DNA from: Candidatus Aminicenantes bacterium
Lineage (GTDB): Bacteria; Acidobacteriota; Aminicenantia; Aminicenantales; Saccharicenantaceae
Assembly: GCA_013178315.1 (NCBI GenBank)
Contig: JABLWX010000002.1
Location: 232 to 64,231, forward strand
DNA: 64,000 nt
Direction: 5' to 3'
The translations under genes were made by a program, and so were the position numbers. The notes beneath the pieces are model-generated. The model was not told where the DNA came from and made no database searches. It saw only the letters and a program-made list of their open reading frames with translations. Below are positions 19,092 through 28,251 of the stretch, piece by piece (the first letter of the stretch is position 1; every line of letters begins with the position of its first letter).

Positions 19092-20105
19092 TCAGTGCAA
19101 CTTGGCCTTGATCAGGGTGGCGGTCGGCCGGGTGGCCATGACGCTGGGCTTGACTTCCTTGATCATGCCCTTCTTCAGTATGTCTATGGTGGCCATTATC
19201 TCCGGCATATAGTCATTTTCGATGAGTCCGATGGCTGCCTGGAAGGCACCCTGGAGGAGAGCGGTTAGCAGGGCATCATCAGGGACCGGCAGGCCGAGCG
19301 CGGTGAAGTAGGCAGCGGCCAGCTGCTTGAACTGGGCTAGGACATTTTCCAGGATGGTGGCTTCATCCTGCTGCAGGAGCCAGCCATAGCCTATGCAGGA
19401 AGTCCGGAAGTCATTTTCAGTGGCCCTGATAAACTGCTCGGCTTCAGCCAGGGTCAGCGGTGCGGCTGTGGTCTGGGAGAAATCAGCCAGCCCCTGGGCA
19501 TAGGCCCGGGCCATCAGGTTCTGCATGTTGGTCTTGGGACGGGCGGCAATTTGCATGACCTTGGCTCCCAGGGAATGGTCGTAGCGAACCAGGACGATGT
19601 CGCCGGCCGCTTCGACGATGTTGTGGCAGACTTCAAGGGCCACAGCCGGGTAATCCTTGAAGAGGTTGAAATAATCGGGTGAAACGCTCTTCAGGTATTC
19701 GTCGAGCATCTTGGCCTTGGTGATGACATAGCCTTCATCCGGCATAAGGGTCAGGGATGTTTTGTGGGCTGTCGAATCGGCACCCCAGAGGTTGTTGTGG
19801 CTGATGAAACCGTAGGAGCTGGCCTTTTCATAGCCGTACTTGACTGCATGCTGGACCTTGAGAAAGTAATGGTGGGTCTGGTCGTAAAGGTAATCGCGGT
19901 AGAGGATGTAGGGAGCGGTGAACAGGTAATTGAAAGCGTCCGGGGCCATGGCTCCGTACATTTCCTCAATGTTGTAAGGGCCATTGGCCTTTTTTAACTT
20001 GTCGGCGATAAAGGCGTGAGTACCCCTTTCCCAGCCAGTTGCTGGACTCGAGATAACGGCCAGCAGCAGACCTAAAAAAACAAGTAGGCACATTGACTTT
20101 TTCAT
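19092..20105 (-). CDS. Secreted zinc-dependent phospholipase C / S1-P1 nuclease-like protein
   Basis: Signal peptide, then 'GWERGTHAFIA' (Trp-His start typical of the zinc PLC/P1 nuclease fold). Confidence 0.45.
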   Translation of the reverse strand: MKKSMCLLVFLGLLLAVISSPATGWERGTHAFIADKLKKANGPYNIEEMYGAMAPDAFNYLFTAPYILYRDYLYDQTHHYFLKVQHAVKYGYEKASSYGFISHNNLWGADSTAHKTSLTLMPDEGYVITKAKMLDEYLKSVSPDYFNLFKDYPAVALEVCHNIVEAAGDIVLVRYDHSLGAKVMQIAARPKTNMQNLMARAYAQGLADFSQTTAAPLTLAEAEQFIRATENDFRTSCIGYGWLLQQDEATILENVLAQFKQLAAAYFTALGLPVPDDALLTALLQGAFQAAIGLIENDYMPEIMATIDILKKGMIKEVKPSVMATRPTATLIKAKLH

Positions 20106-20256
20106 GGTTTAGCCTCCTTCGCTAAAGGGGCGTGGTTTCTTTTACCCCGCTTACTTATTATATTTATTCTCCTGAACTTGCCCTGTCAAGTTAAACTTTT
20201 TATCGGACAGGGCCGGGCCAGCCAGAGGAGGAAAAATGGCGGGAAGGGGACTTAAA

Positions 20257-20287
20257 GGGGACACCGCAGGGTGTCCCCACTTTTTTT
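20257..20287 (+). terminator. Hairpin GGGGACACC-GCAG-GGTGTCCCC followed by T7 (copy 1 of twin hairpins)
   Basis: Perfect 9-bp stem, 4-nt loop, then a run of seven T at 20281-20287. Confidence 0.5.
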
Positions 20288-20324
20288 CTTAGTGTTCCCC
20301 TTAAAAAAAGATGCCGGTATGGGC

Positions 20325-20351
20325 AAAAAGGGGACACCGTAAGGTGTCCCC
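20325..20351 (-). terminator. Hairpin GGGGACACC-GTAA-GGTGTCCCC (copy 2), terminator of the araBDA-like operon on the minus strand
   Basis: Same stem as copy 1. The A5 run at 20325-20329 gives a U-tract on the minus strand immediately after the araA-like stop (20355). Confidence 0.55.
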
Positions 20352-20354
20352 TGT

Positions 20355-21842
20355 TCAGAAGGGATTTTCGGTGGGGTAGGGGAAGGTAACCGGCTGATTA
20401 TAATAGATTTCCTCGAGGCCCAGCATCCGCAGCAGGGAAAACAGCGTCTTCCCGGCCGCCCTGAAGCCCACGGCCGTATGGTGCGGGAACCTCTTTTCTA
20501 TCAGCACGTGGCGGTAAAAGCGGCCCATTTCCCTGATACCAAAAACGCCGATGCTGCCAAAAGACTGGGGCTCAATGTCGAGCACCTCTCCCTGGGCCAG
20601 GTACGACCTGAGCCGGGAGTCGGCCGTTCCCTGGAGGCGGAATATGGTTACCTGGCCGGGTTTTATCCTGCCTTCCAGGGTACCGCGGGTTATCTCCGGC
20701 TCTTTCCCGGGTTCCATCAGCCGGTGCATGATCAGTTGATACTTTAGGGCCGGGCCCAGCAGGCAGCAGGAGGCGGTGTTGCCGCAGTGAAAGCCCATGA
20801 AAAGGTCGGTCTGCTTGTAATCGCCGATCTTCTTTTTGTTTTTTTCGTACATATCGGCCGGCACGGTGTTGTTGATATCCAGCAGGGTGGCCGGAAGCTC
20901 GGTGGCGCAGGTCAGCAGGTATTCGCTGAGGGCGCCGTAGATGTCCACCTCGCAGGCCACCGGAATTCCCCGGGTAGCCAGCCTGGAGTTGACATAACAG
21001 GGAACAAAGCCAAAATAGCTTTCAAAGGCCGGCCAGCACTTGTTGGCAAATACCCCGTACTTGGATGCCCCAAGGTTTTTCTCCATGAACTGGAGCAGGG
21101 CGACTTCGTACTGGGCAAGCTTCTCAAGAAGTTCCGGGTAGCGGTTACCCGCGCCCAGCTCCCTGGCCATGTCAGAAGCCACGGCCTTGATCTCGGGAGA
21201 ACCGGCTGCCTTCAGGAAAAGGTCATATAGGTCAAGCTCCGAATTTTCCATCACTTCCACGCCCAGGTCGAAGAGTGGCCTGATGGGGGCGTTGCAGGCA
21301 TAAAAGTCCTGGGGCCTCGGTCCGAAACCGAATATCTTTAAGTTCTTCAGCCCGAGCCAGGTCCTGGCCACGGGGACGAATTCTTCAATCATCCGGGCCA
21401 CTTCGGCCGCCGTGCCCACAGGGTACTCGGGAATGTGTACCTTGAGCTGACGCAGTCCCACGTTGTAGGAAGAATTGAGCAGGCCGCAGTAGGCATCCCC
21501 GCGCCCATCGTAGAGGTCGGCCGCGGTCTCCTCGGCCGCCGCGGCCAGCATCACCGGTCCGGCAAAGCGCTGGGCCAGGATGGTGGTTGGCCCTTCCGGC
21601 CCGAAATTTCCCAGGAAGATGACCAGGGCATTGATGCTTTTTTCTTTGATTTCCTGTCCGGCCTTCAGGACGTCGTTTTCATTTTCGATTACGGTCTCCA
21701 GCTCGGTTACCGGAAGCCCGAGTTTCCGACACTCGGCAGCCAGGGCTATTCTCCTCTTGCGGGATAGCTCTACCGGGAAACAGTCCCGGCTGACGGCTAT
21801 TAACCCGATTTTTACTTCAGGGATATTCTTGAGGCCTTCCAT
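20355..21842 (-). CDS. araA: L-arabinose isomerase (L-fucose/L-arabinose isomerase family)
   Basis: 495-aa FucI/AraA-family-like protein located directly downstream of araB and araD (1-bp gap to araD). Family call is from overall pattern and context. Confidence 0.6.
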   Translation of the reverse strand: MEGLKNIPEVKIGLIAVSRDCFPVELSRKRRIALAAECRKLGLPVTELETVIENENDVLKAGQEIKEKSINALVIFLGNFGPEGPTTILAQRFAGPVMLAAAAEETAADLYDGRGDAYCGLLNSSYNVGLRQLKVHIPEYPVGTAAEVARMIEEFVPVARTWLGLKNLKIFGFGPRPQDFYACNAPIRPLFDLGVEVMENSELDLYDLFLKAAGSPEIKAVASDMARELGAGNRYPELLEKLAQYEVALLQFMEKNLGASKYGVFANKCWPAFESYFGFVPCYVNSRLATRGIPVACEVDIYGALSEYLLTCATELPATLLDINNTVPADMYEKNKKKIGDYKQTDLFMGFHCGNTASCCLLGPALKYQLIMHRLMEPGKEPEITRGTLEGRIKPGQVTIFRLQGTADSRLRSYLAQGEVLDIEPQSFGSIGVFGIREMGRFYRHVLIEKRFPHHTAVGFRAAGKTLFSLLRMLGLEEIYYNQPVTFPYPTENPF

Positions 21843-21843
21843 C

Positions 21844-22542
21844 TTATTTCTCCTTTCTCTGTCCGTAATAGGCTTTAGGGCCGTGTTTTCGCTCGAAATG
21901 TTTCTTGATCAGGTATTCCGGTAGGTCCTTAGCCCCGGGCTTGACCAACCGGGTCAGCAGGGCCATCCTGGCAATTTTTTCCAGGGCCAGCAGATGGTCG
22001 ACTGCTTCCCGGGCCGATTGGCCCCAGGCAAAGGGACCATGCCCGGTAACCAGGCAGGCCGGGTAATGGGTGGGGTCAAGATGTTTGAATCTTTCCACGA
22101 TCACTTTTCCCGTGTTCTGTTCATAATCGTTAAGGACTTCCTGTTCCTTCAGTTCTCTTGTTATTGGCACCTGTCCCGGGAAGAAATCGGCCTGGGTGGT
22201 GCCGTAGCAGGGGATTTCCTCGCCGGCTTGAGCAAACGCGGTGGCATATTCACTGTGAGCATGGGCTATGCCCCCGATAGCCGGAAAGGAAGTATAGAGG
22301 ACAAGATGGGTGGGGGTGTCGGAAGAGGGTTGGAGCTTTCCCTCAACCTGTTTTCCGCTAAGGTCCAGGACCACCATGTCTTCTGGCTTCATCCGGTCGT
22401 AGGCCACCCCGCTGGGCTTGATGGCCATCACCCCTTTTTCCCGGTCGACTTCGCTGACATTGCCAAAGGTCAGGATGACCAGCCCGTATTCGACCAGTTT
22501 CAGGTTGGCTTCCCAGACTCGTTGCTTGAGATCTTCGTACAT
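21844..22542 (-). CDS. araD: L-ribulose-5-phosphate 4-epimerase (class II aldolase/adducin family)
   Basis: Typical AraD length and motifs ('GNVSEVDRE', 'HAHSEYATAF', 'CLVTGHGPFAWG'). Confidence 0.85.
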   Translation of the reverse strand: MYEDLKQRVWEANLKLVEYGLVILTFGNVSEVDREKGVMAIKPSGVAYDRMKPEDMVVLDLSGKQVEGKLQPSSDTPTHLVLYTSFPAIGGIAHAHSEYATAFAQAGEEIPCYGTTQADFFPGQVPITRELKEQEVLNDYEQNTGKVIVERFKHLDPTHYPACLVTGHGPFAWGQSAREAVDHLLALEKIARMALLTRLVKPGAKDLPEYLIKKHFERKHGPKAYYGQRKEK

Positions 22543-22717
22543 CTCAATTTTCCTTTGTCATTCCTTATTTATATATTTATATTCACACCACCGTGGCACT
22601 GGCTTGTAAAGCTTCTGTCCGCAATTCTTCCTGGTGGCCTTTTCTGCCGCTTTTTCTTCTCCGGCTTGCCAATTTTTCCCCGTGGTCAAACGGTTTTCCC
22701 TTTTCAAGGGTTGATCA

Positions 22718-24460
22718 TTATTTTTTCTTCCGCGCCCTTGTTTTGGCTGCCTGCCTGGCCTTTTCCAGCTGGCGGTCTCGAATCTCCAGCAGGTCTTTCA
22801 TCAGGTGGTAAAGGTTGCCATTCCAGGTCCTGGTGCCAAAAGCGTCGTGGAGCTCCCGGTAGAGTCGGTATAATTCCCGGTAAACCTGGTGGTACTCGGG
22901 CCTGGGCTTAAAACTCTGCGGTTTCACTCCGCACATGGCGGCCTGGGCTTCTTCAAACCGGTCATAACCGCCGGCGGCCCGGCCGGCCACCACCGCCCCG
23001 GCCATGGCCGCGCCCAGGGCGCAGGTCTGCGAAGAACGGGCTACCTTCATTTCCAGGCCGAAGACATCGGCATAGATTTGCATCACCAGCGGGTTCTTCT
23101 CGGCTATTCCGCCGCAGTTGATGACTTCGTTTATTTCCACGCCGTATTCCTGGAAGCGCTTGATGATGGTTAGAGCCCCGAAGGCCGTGCCCTCGATGAG
23201 GGCCAGGTAGATTTCCTCCGGCCTGGTATGCAGGGTTTGACCCAGGAGCAGTCCGGTCAGCCTCTGGTCCACCAGGATGGTCCGGTTGCCGTTGTTCCAG
23301 TCGAGGGCCAGAAGTCCTGATTCACCCGGAAGCAGCGCGGCGGCCTTCCTGGTCAGCTCCTCGTGGCTGCCTTTCTTCGGACCGCCGGGCTGAATATAGT
23401 TCACGAACCAGTTGAAGATATCGCCCACGGCTGATTGCCCGGCTTCCAGTCCGAAGTATCCGGGCAGGACCGAGCCGTCCACGATTCCACACAGGCCGGG
23501 AATATCGGCCAGGGGCCGGTCATTCGGCCAGACGCAGATGTCGCAGGTGCTGGTCCCGATAATCTTGACGAATTTTCCGGGAGCCACGCCGGCACCAACC
23601 GCGCCCAGGTGGGCGTCAAAAGCTCCAACCGCCACCGGGATCCCCGGTTTGAGGCCGAGCATCCTGGCCCAGGACTTGGTCAGAAGGCCAGCGGCACGAT
23701 CGGAAGTGTAGGTTTCCTCATAAAGCCTGTCCCGCAACTCTCCAAGGCGGGGGTCCAGCCGCCCCAGAAAATCCTTGGCCGGCAGACCGCCCCAGCCGGC
23801 ATTGAACATGGCCTTGTGCCCGGCCGCGCAGCGGCTTCTTTTCATCTTCGACGGAGCCAGTGTCCCGGTGATGATGGCCGGTATGAAGTCGGCGCATTCC
23901 ACCCAGGTGTGGGCGGCCTCGAAGACTTCGGGGGCCACCCGCAGGCAGTGAAGGATCTTGCTGAAGAACCACTCCGAGGAATAAATGCCACCGCACTTGG
24001 CCAGGTATTCAGGATGTTCCCTGGCGGCCAGTGCGGTTATTTCCTGGGCTTCGGCAAAAGCCGTGTGGTCCTTCCACAACCAGGCCTGGGCGTTGAGATT
24101 ATTTTTGAATTCCGGATGAAAGGCCAGGGGCAAACCATTCTTATCAACCGGAAGGGGGGTGGAACCGGTGGTGTCAACCCCGATTCCGATCACCCGCTCG
24201 GGGGAAAAATCTTTTTTAGCCTTCCCGGCCCGGTTCAGGACCTGGCGAACAACTTTGACCATCGATTCCAGGTAATCGGCCGGGTTCTGCCTGGCCAGGT
24301 TGGGGTCCTTGGGGTCGAGCAATATTCCGGCTTGGCCCGAAGGATAATTGACCACGGCCGTGCTGATCTCCTCCCCGCTGGCCACGTCCACCACCAGCGC
24401 CCTGACCGAGTTGGTGCCGAAATCTAGACCCAGGCTGTAAGCTCTGGTTTTTGACCTCAT
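22718..24460 (-). CDS. araB: Ribulokinase (FGGY carbohydrate kinase)
   Basis: N-terminal 'LGLDFGTNSVRALVVD' and FGGY-kinase motifs ('GIGVDTTGST', 'GTSTCD'). About 580 aa, typical of AraB. Confidence 0.85.
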   Translation of the reverse strand: MRSKTRAYSLGLDFGTNSVRALVVDVASGEEISTAVVNYPSGQAGILLDPKDPNLARQNPADYLESMVKVVRQVLNRAGKAKKDFSPERVIGIGVDTTGSTPLPVDKNGLPLAFHPEFKNNLNAQAWLWKDHTAFAEAQEITALAAREHPEYLAKCGGIYSSEWFFSKILHCLRVAPEVFEAAHTWVECADFIPAIITGTLAPSKMKRSRCAAGHKAMFNAGWGGLPAKDFLGRLDPRLGELRDRLYEETYTSDRAAGLLTKSWARMLGLKPGIPVAVGAFDAHLGAVGAGVAPGKFVKIIGTSTCDICVWPNDRPLADIPGLCGIVDGSVLPGYFGLEAGQSAVGDIFNWFVNYIQPGGPKKGSHEELTRKAAALLPGESGLLALDWNNGNRTILVDQRLTGLLLGQTLHTRPEEIYLALIEGTAFGALTIIKRFQEYGVEINEVINCGGIAEKNPLVMQIYADVFGLEMKVARSSQTCALGAAMAGAVVAGRAAGGYDRFEEAQAAMCGVKPQSFKPRPEYHQVYRELYRLYRELHDAFGTRTWNGNLYHLMKDLLEIRDRQLEKARQAAKTRARKKK

Positions 24461-24615
24461 CTTTCGCGCCTCCTCATTGATTTCAATTTTAATTCAGGCC
24501 CCTGCTTTTTAGAAAGTGGAATTTTTGCCCCGGCCGGCCGGGCCGGCTCCACAGGCATTTTCGTTAGCAACAAAGTTCTTGACATCGACTTCCTTTTCAT
24601 TATATAAAATTTTTG

Positions 24616-24671
24616 TGTTAACGTTAACATTTAATTAAATTTTATTTTGCTAACAGATGTTAACGTTAACG
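24616..24671. promoter_or_regulatory. Pair of LacI-type operator palindromes in the divergent araB / receptor promoter region
   Basis: TGTTAACGTTAACA (perfect 14-bp palindrome, 24616-24629) and TGTTAACGTTAACG (24658-24671). Centres are 42 bp apart. Both fit the LacI-family consensus TGnnAnCGnTnnCA. Confidence 0.5.
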
Positions 24672-24846
24672 CGCAGGAACAAAGGCGATGCCCAGCTCAA
24701 AAGAAAATGGCCCGGAGATGGTCGGCGGCCTGCGGCTCCAGCAATCGTGCCGGGGCCCGGTTTATGCGGGCGGCCAGACGCAGCCTGCCGTCGATTTCGG
24801 TCCGGCCATCAACATAAAAATCAAAAAAAATTAAAAGGAGGATCTG

Positions 24847-27800
24847 ATGTCTAAGCAAAAACAATGGCTCCTGTTGGCTCTCTTCTTGCTGCTGTCATTT
24901 TCCATCCTCCAGGCTCAGATCACCCGCCAGACCGGAACGGTCCGCGGGGTGATCAAGGATTCGGACGGCACACCCCTGCCCGGGGTCAGCATAACCCTGA
25001 CCGGGCCCAGCATGATGGGTAAGGCCACCGATGTCAGCCGGGAAGATGGAACGTTCCGGTTGCCGGCGGTTCCACCGGGCAACTACACCCTGACCGCCGA
25101 GCTCCAGGGATTCAAGACCATCACCCTGAATGAAGTGATTGTCAGGGTGGGGCTGACCGTGACCCTGGATGTCAAGATGGAACCGGCAGCTGTTGAAGAG
25201 CAGGTGACGGTTGTGGCCAAGGCGCCGGAAATTGACGTCCAGAAGACCAAGGTCACCACGGCCGTTACTTCCGAGGTCATTACCAGGCTGCCCCTCAACC
25301 GCAGCCTGACCAGCGTCATGAACCTGGTCCCCTCCACCGTTGGCACCATCGCCACCTATTCGGGAAGCATTCATGGCACCGACTGGAACGGAGTTGCCTA
25401 TGAGGTTGACGGTATTAACGCCAACTGCCCGACTACCGGCGGGGCCTTCGGTACCCCCCAGTTTGACGCCATCGAGGAAATCGAGGTGATGACCGGGGCC
25501 ATCCCGGCCCAGGTCGGAACGACCGGCGGGGCTTTCGTCAACATCGTGACCAAGTCCGGCGGAAACAACTTCTCCGGCCAGGTCCAGGCCTACTACACCA
25601 ACAAGCACCTGGCCCAGGTTCTCTTTCCGGATGAGCAACTGAAGTCCATGCGGATTGGAAAGCCCAGTTTTAGCCTCTATGACCTGGATACCTCGGCCAT
25701 GTTCGGCGGCCCCATCATCAAGGACAAGATCTGGTTCTTCACCGACGTGGCCTTCACCAAGTCCAGCAACTGGGCTCCCTTCCGGCCGACCACCATCCTC
25801 GGCACCCAGTACGACCAGTATAAAGTTCCCAATCAAAACATGAGGGGCAACCTCAAGCTGACCACGGAATTCTCGAAAAAGCTGAGATTTTACACCTACT
25901 TTTCGCTGAGCCAGAGCCAGAGAATGTTCGAGGCCTGGTCCAACAAGACCGAGGACAGCACTTTTGACGCCAAGCCCACCCAGTACGTTGGCACCGCCAA
26001 CCTGACCTGGATTCCCAGCAGCAGTTCATTCATCGATTTCAGGTTGAATATCAACCACCTGGATTATCCCATCACGGCCCGGAATGGCTCCGATAAAATC
26101 GGATACCAGGATGGCTATACCGGCTACATCTGGAACGGCATCCAGAGCTGGGAAAGCTTCATCATCCGCCATACCAACCAGGCTTCGGTCAGGGCTACCC
26201 ATTTTGCCGACAACGTCCTGGGCGGCGACCACGAACTGGGAGCCGGAGTTGAAGTCCAGTTCGGCTGGGACAGGTATTCTTACGCCAGGCAGCAACCCAT
26301 GGAGTGGTTTTACTACAATGGCAATCCCTATTACTGGCGCGGCTACTTCGGGGTTGATCAGCCGACCATCTACGGTGATGGCCGCCTGTCCTTTACCAAC
26401 TGCGGTCCGGGGAAAGGCGACAGCGTCACCGACCTCTACGAATACCGGATCGGCGCTTACTTCCAGGACAATTTCACCGTCAAGAACCGGCTGACCTTCA
26501 ACCTCGGCCTGAGAGTTGACTCTTACAACGGCTGGAGCGGCAAGGCCCGGTCCACCGGGACCACCGGCCTGTCCTACGAAATCGGGCAGGTCCTGGCCCA
26601 GGACCTCGGTTTCAACCCCTACGGCGGCTTTGAAGTCGACGGCATAAAGGATGTCCTGGTCTTCACCAGCCTGTCCCCGCGGCTCGGCCTGAGCTATGAC
26701 CTGTTCGGCAACGGCCGGACGGCCCTGAAGCTGTCCTATGCCAGGTACTCGGAGCAGGTTCCGGTGATGTGGTTCTCGGAAGTGCTGCCGGCAGTCATGG
26801 GCCAGTACGAGTTTAACTGGTGGGACCTCAACGAAAACGGACAGCCAGACTCTCCCGGCACCGACTATTATGAATACCGGTGGAGCCTGGGCGATTTCAA
26901 GCTGCCCGATATCCAGTACCTCAGCCAGATGGTTGACCGCGGGCTCCACGCCCCCATCCACAACGAGATCACGGCCGGTATAGAGCACCAGCTGTTCAAG
27001 GACTTTGCCGTTAAACTGACCTACCTGCACAAGAAGAAAACCGACCTTTTCGGCTGGGCCAAGTACGACCTGGCCTCCGGCCGCTACTGGTACAAGCTGG
27101 ACCAGGCACCCGACTGGTACGTGCCCTTCACCACCGTCGTCCCGGCCTACGGCAGCTTCCCGGAACAGCAGGTGACGGTCTACTTCATGAGCGAGAACTC
27201 TCCCTACGAGTCCATGGTCTACATCAAGACCAACATTCCCGAGCAGTTCGTTAAGTACGACGGCCTGGAACTGGCCTTCGATAAGAGGTTTTCCCATGGC
27301 TGGTCGCTGGGCGGTTCGGTCACGCTCTCCAAGACCACTTCCCAGTCCTGCGGCGATAGCCCGAACGATTTCGTCAACACCCCGGGCCGCGACAGCTACG
27401 ATGTGCCCTTCATGATGAAACTCTACGGAACCTTCAACCTGCCCTACGGCTTCATCGCTTCCTTCTTCATGAATTACCGGGTCGGCTATCCCTGGGGCCG
27501 CAGCGTGGAAATCGTGCCGCCCGAAGACTGGGCCCTGGCCAACAACGCCGTGCCCTGGTCGGTCTGGGTGATGCTCGAGCCCAACGGCACCAGGAGAGAA
27601 CAGGATTTCACCAACGTTGACTTCCACCTGGAGAAAGAATTCAAGCTCCCCTACGGCACCATCGGGGCCTTCGTCGACATCTACAACCTTTTTGGCAACA
27701 AGTACGTCAACTACGGCCTGAACCCGATTGCCACCTGGTTCCCGGACGATGAGGGCAGCAGCAGCGGAAGCTACAGCCTGGACTACAACTACAACCGGGT

Positions 27801-27855
27801 TACCAGCATTTCGGCCACCCGGGTCTTCAAGTTCTCCATTCGTTACAAATTCTAA
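24847..27855 (+). CDS. TonB-dependent outer-membrane receptor with N-terminal carboxypeptidase-regulatory-like domain
   Basis: Signal peptide. 'VRGVIKDSDGTPLPGVSITL...DGTFRLPAVPPGNYTL' is the CarbopepD_reg-like domain, followed by a plug region and a long beta-barrel ending in an aromatic residue. Confidence 0.8.
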   Translation: MSKQKQWLLLALFLLLSFSILQAQITRQTGTVRGVIKDSDGTPLPGVSITLTGPSMMGKATDVSREDGTFRLPAVPPGNYTLTAELQGFKTITLNEVIVRVGLTVTLDVKMEPAAVEEQVTVVAKAPEIDVQKTKVTTAVTSEVITRLPLNRSLTSVMNLVPSTVGTIATYSGSIHGTDWNGVAYEVDGINANCPTTGGAFGTPQFDAIEEIEVMTGAIPAQVGTTGGAFVNIVTKSGGNNFSGQVQAYYTNKHLAQVLFPDEQLKSMRIGKPSFSLYDLDTSAMFGGPIIKDKIWFFTDVAFTKSSNWAPFRPTTILGTQYDQYKVPNQNMRGNLKLTTEFSKKLRFYTYFSLSQSQRMFEAWSNKTEDSTFDAKPTQYVGTANLTWIPSSSSFIDFRLNINHLDYPITARNGSDKIGYQDGYTGYIWNGIQSWESFIIRHTNQASVRATHFADNVLGGDHELGAGVEVQFGWDRYSYARQQPMEWFYYNGNPYYWRGYFGVDQPTIYGDGRLSFTNCGPGKGDSVTDLYEYRIGAYFQDNFTVKNRLTFNLGLRVDSYNGWSGKARSTGTTGLSYEIGQVLAQDLGFNPYGGFEVDGIKDVLVFTSLSPRLGLSYDLFGNGRTALKLSYARYSEQVPVMWFSEVLPAVMGQYEFNWWDLNENGQPDSPGTDYYEYRWSLGDFKLPDIQYLSQMVDRGLHAPIHNEITAGIEHQLFKDFAVKLTYLHKKKTDLFGWAKYDLASGRYWYKLDQAPDWYVPFTTVVPAYGSFPEQQVTVYFMSENSPYESMVYIKTNIPEQFVKYDGLELAFDKRFSHGWSLGGSVTLSKTTSQSCGDSPNDFVNTPGRDSYDVPFMMKLYGTFNLPYGFIASFFMNYRVGYPWGRSVEIVPPEDWALANNAVPWSVWVMLEPNGTRREQDFTNVDFHLEKEFKLPYGTIGAFVDIYNLFGNKYVNYGLNPIATWFPDDEGSSSGSYSLDYNYNRVTSISATRVFKFSIRYKF

Positions 27856-27879
27856 GCGTTGTTCCAAGAGGTTTTTTTC

Positions 27880-27916
27880 GGGGGAGGAGCGCAAGCTCTT
27901 CCCCCTCTTTTTTTTA
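27880..27916 (+). terminator. Rho-independent terminator after the outer-membrane receptor
   Basis: GGGGGAGGAGC-GCAA-GCTCTTCCCCC hairpin followed by about ten T. Confidence 0.6.
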
Positions 27917-28251
27917 CATCGGGTTAAGATTATTAAGGGCAACGGCCCGGGGCAATTATTTCCGGGTAGCAGGTGCTCTCTGAATCTCGTTAGGCCATGA
28001 GGCCAGGAATCTTATGGAAAAAATTTTCCCGACCAGCCGAAAGTCAGCAGCGACCGGGCCGGGTTATCTCCCGCCGCAATTTCAGAAACCGGGTGTCTTA
28101 ATTATCCTGTTTCATCCCGGGGCTAAAATTGGTATAAATAACGGGGCGGCTAAAATAACGGCGGCAGCGAGACAACCTAAGTCGCCTGGCGGTTTCAAAT
28201 ATATCGGGTTCTCAGGTCTTCAAAATGCCTCGAAATAATAGGAGGTGGCGG

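Noticed and set aside
20257-20351. Possible CRISPR or other repeat array suggested by the repeated GGGGACACC...GGTGTCCCC units.
   Set aside because: There are only two full copies, and each is internally self-complementary (a hairpin) with terminator-like U-tracts. No spacers and no cas genes are present.
26026-27942. 638-aa minus-strand ORF antisense to the outer-membrane receptor gene. Similar long antisense ORFs are 2961..3512, 4041..4913, 11124..11729, 23435..24427, 24895..25836, 29038..30189, 31793..32584, 34956..36290, 36551..37372, 39419..41155, 42290..42970, 44266..44805, 46428..47615, 48054..48827 and 62191..63306.
   Set aside because: They are Gly/Pro/Arg/Ala-rich, have no RBS and no recognisable motifs, and lie entirely inside well-supported genes on the opposite strand. 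This is the classic stop-codon depletion of high-GC DNA.
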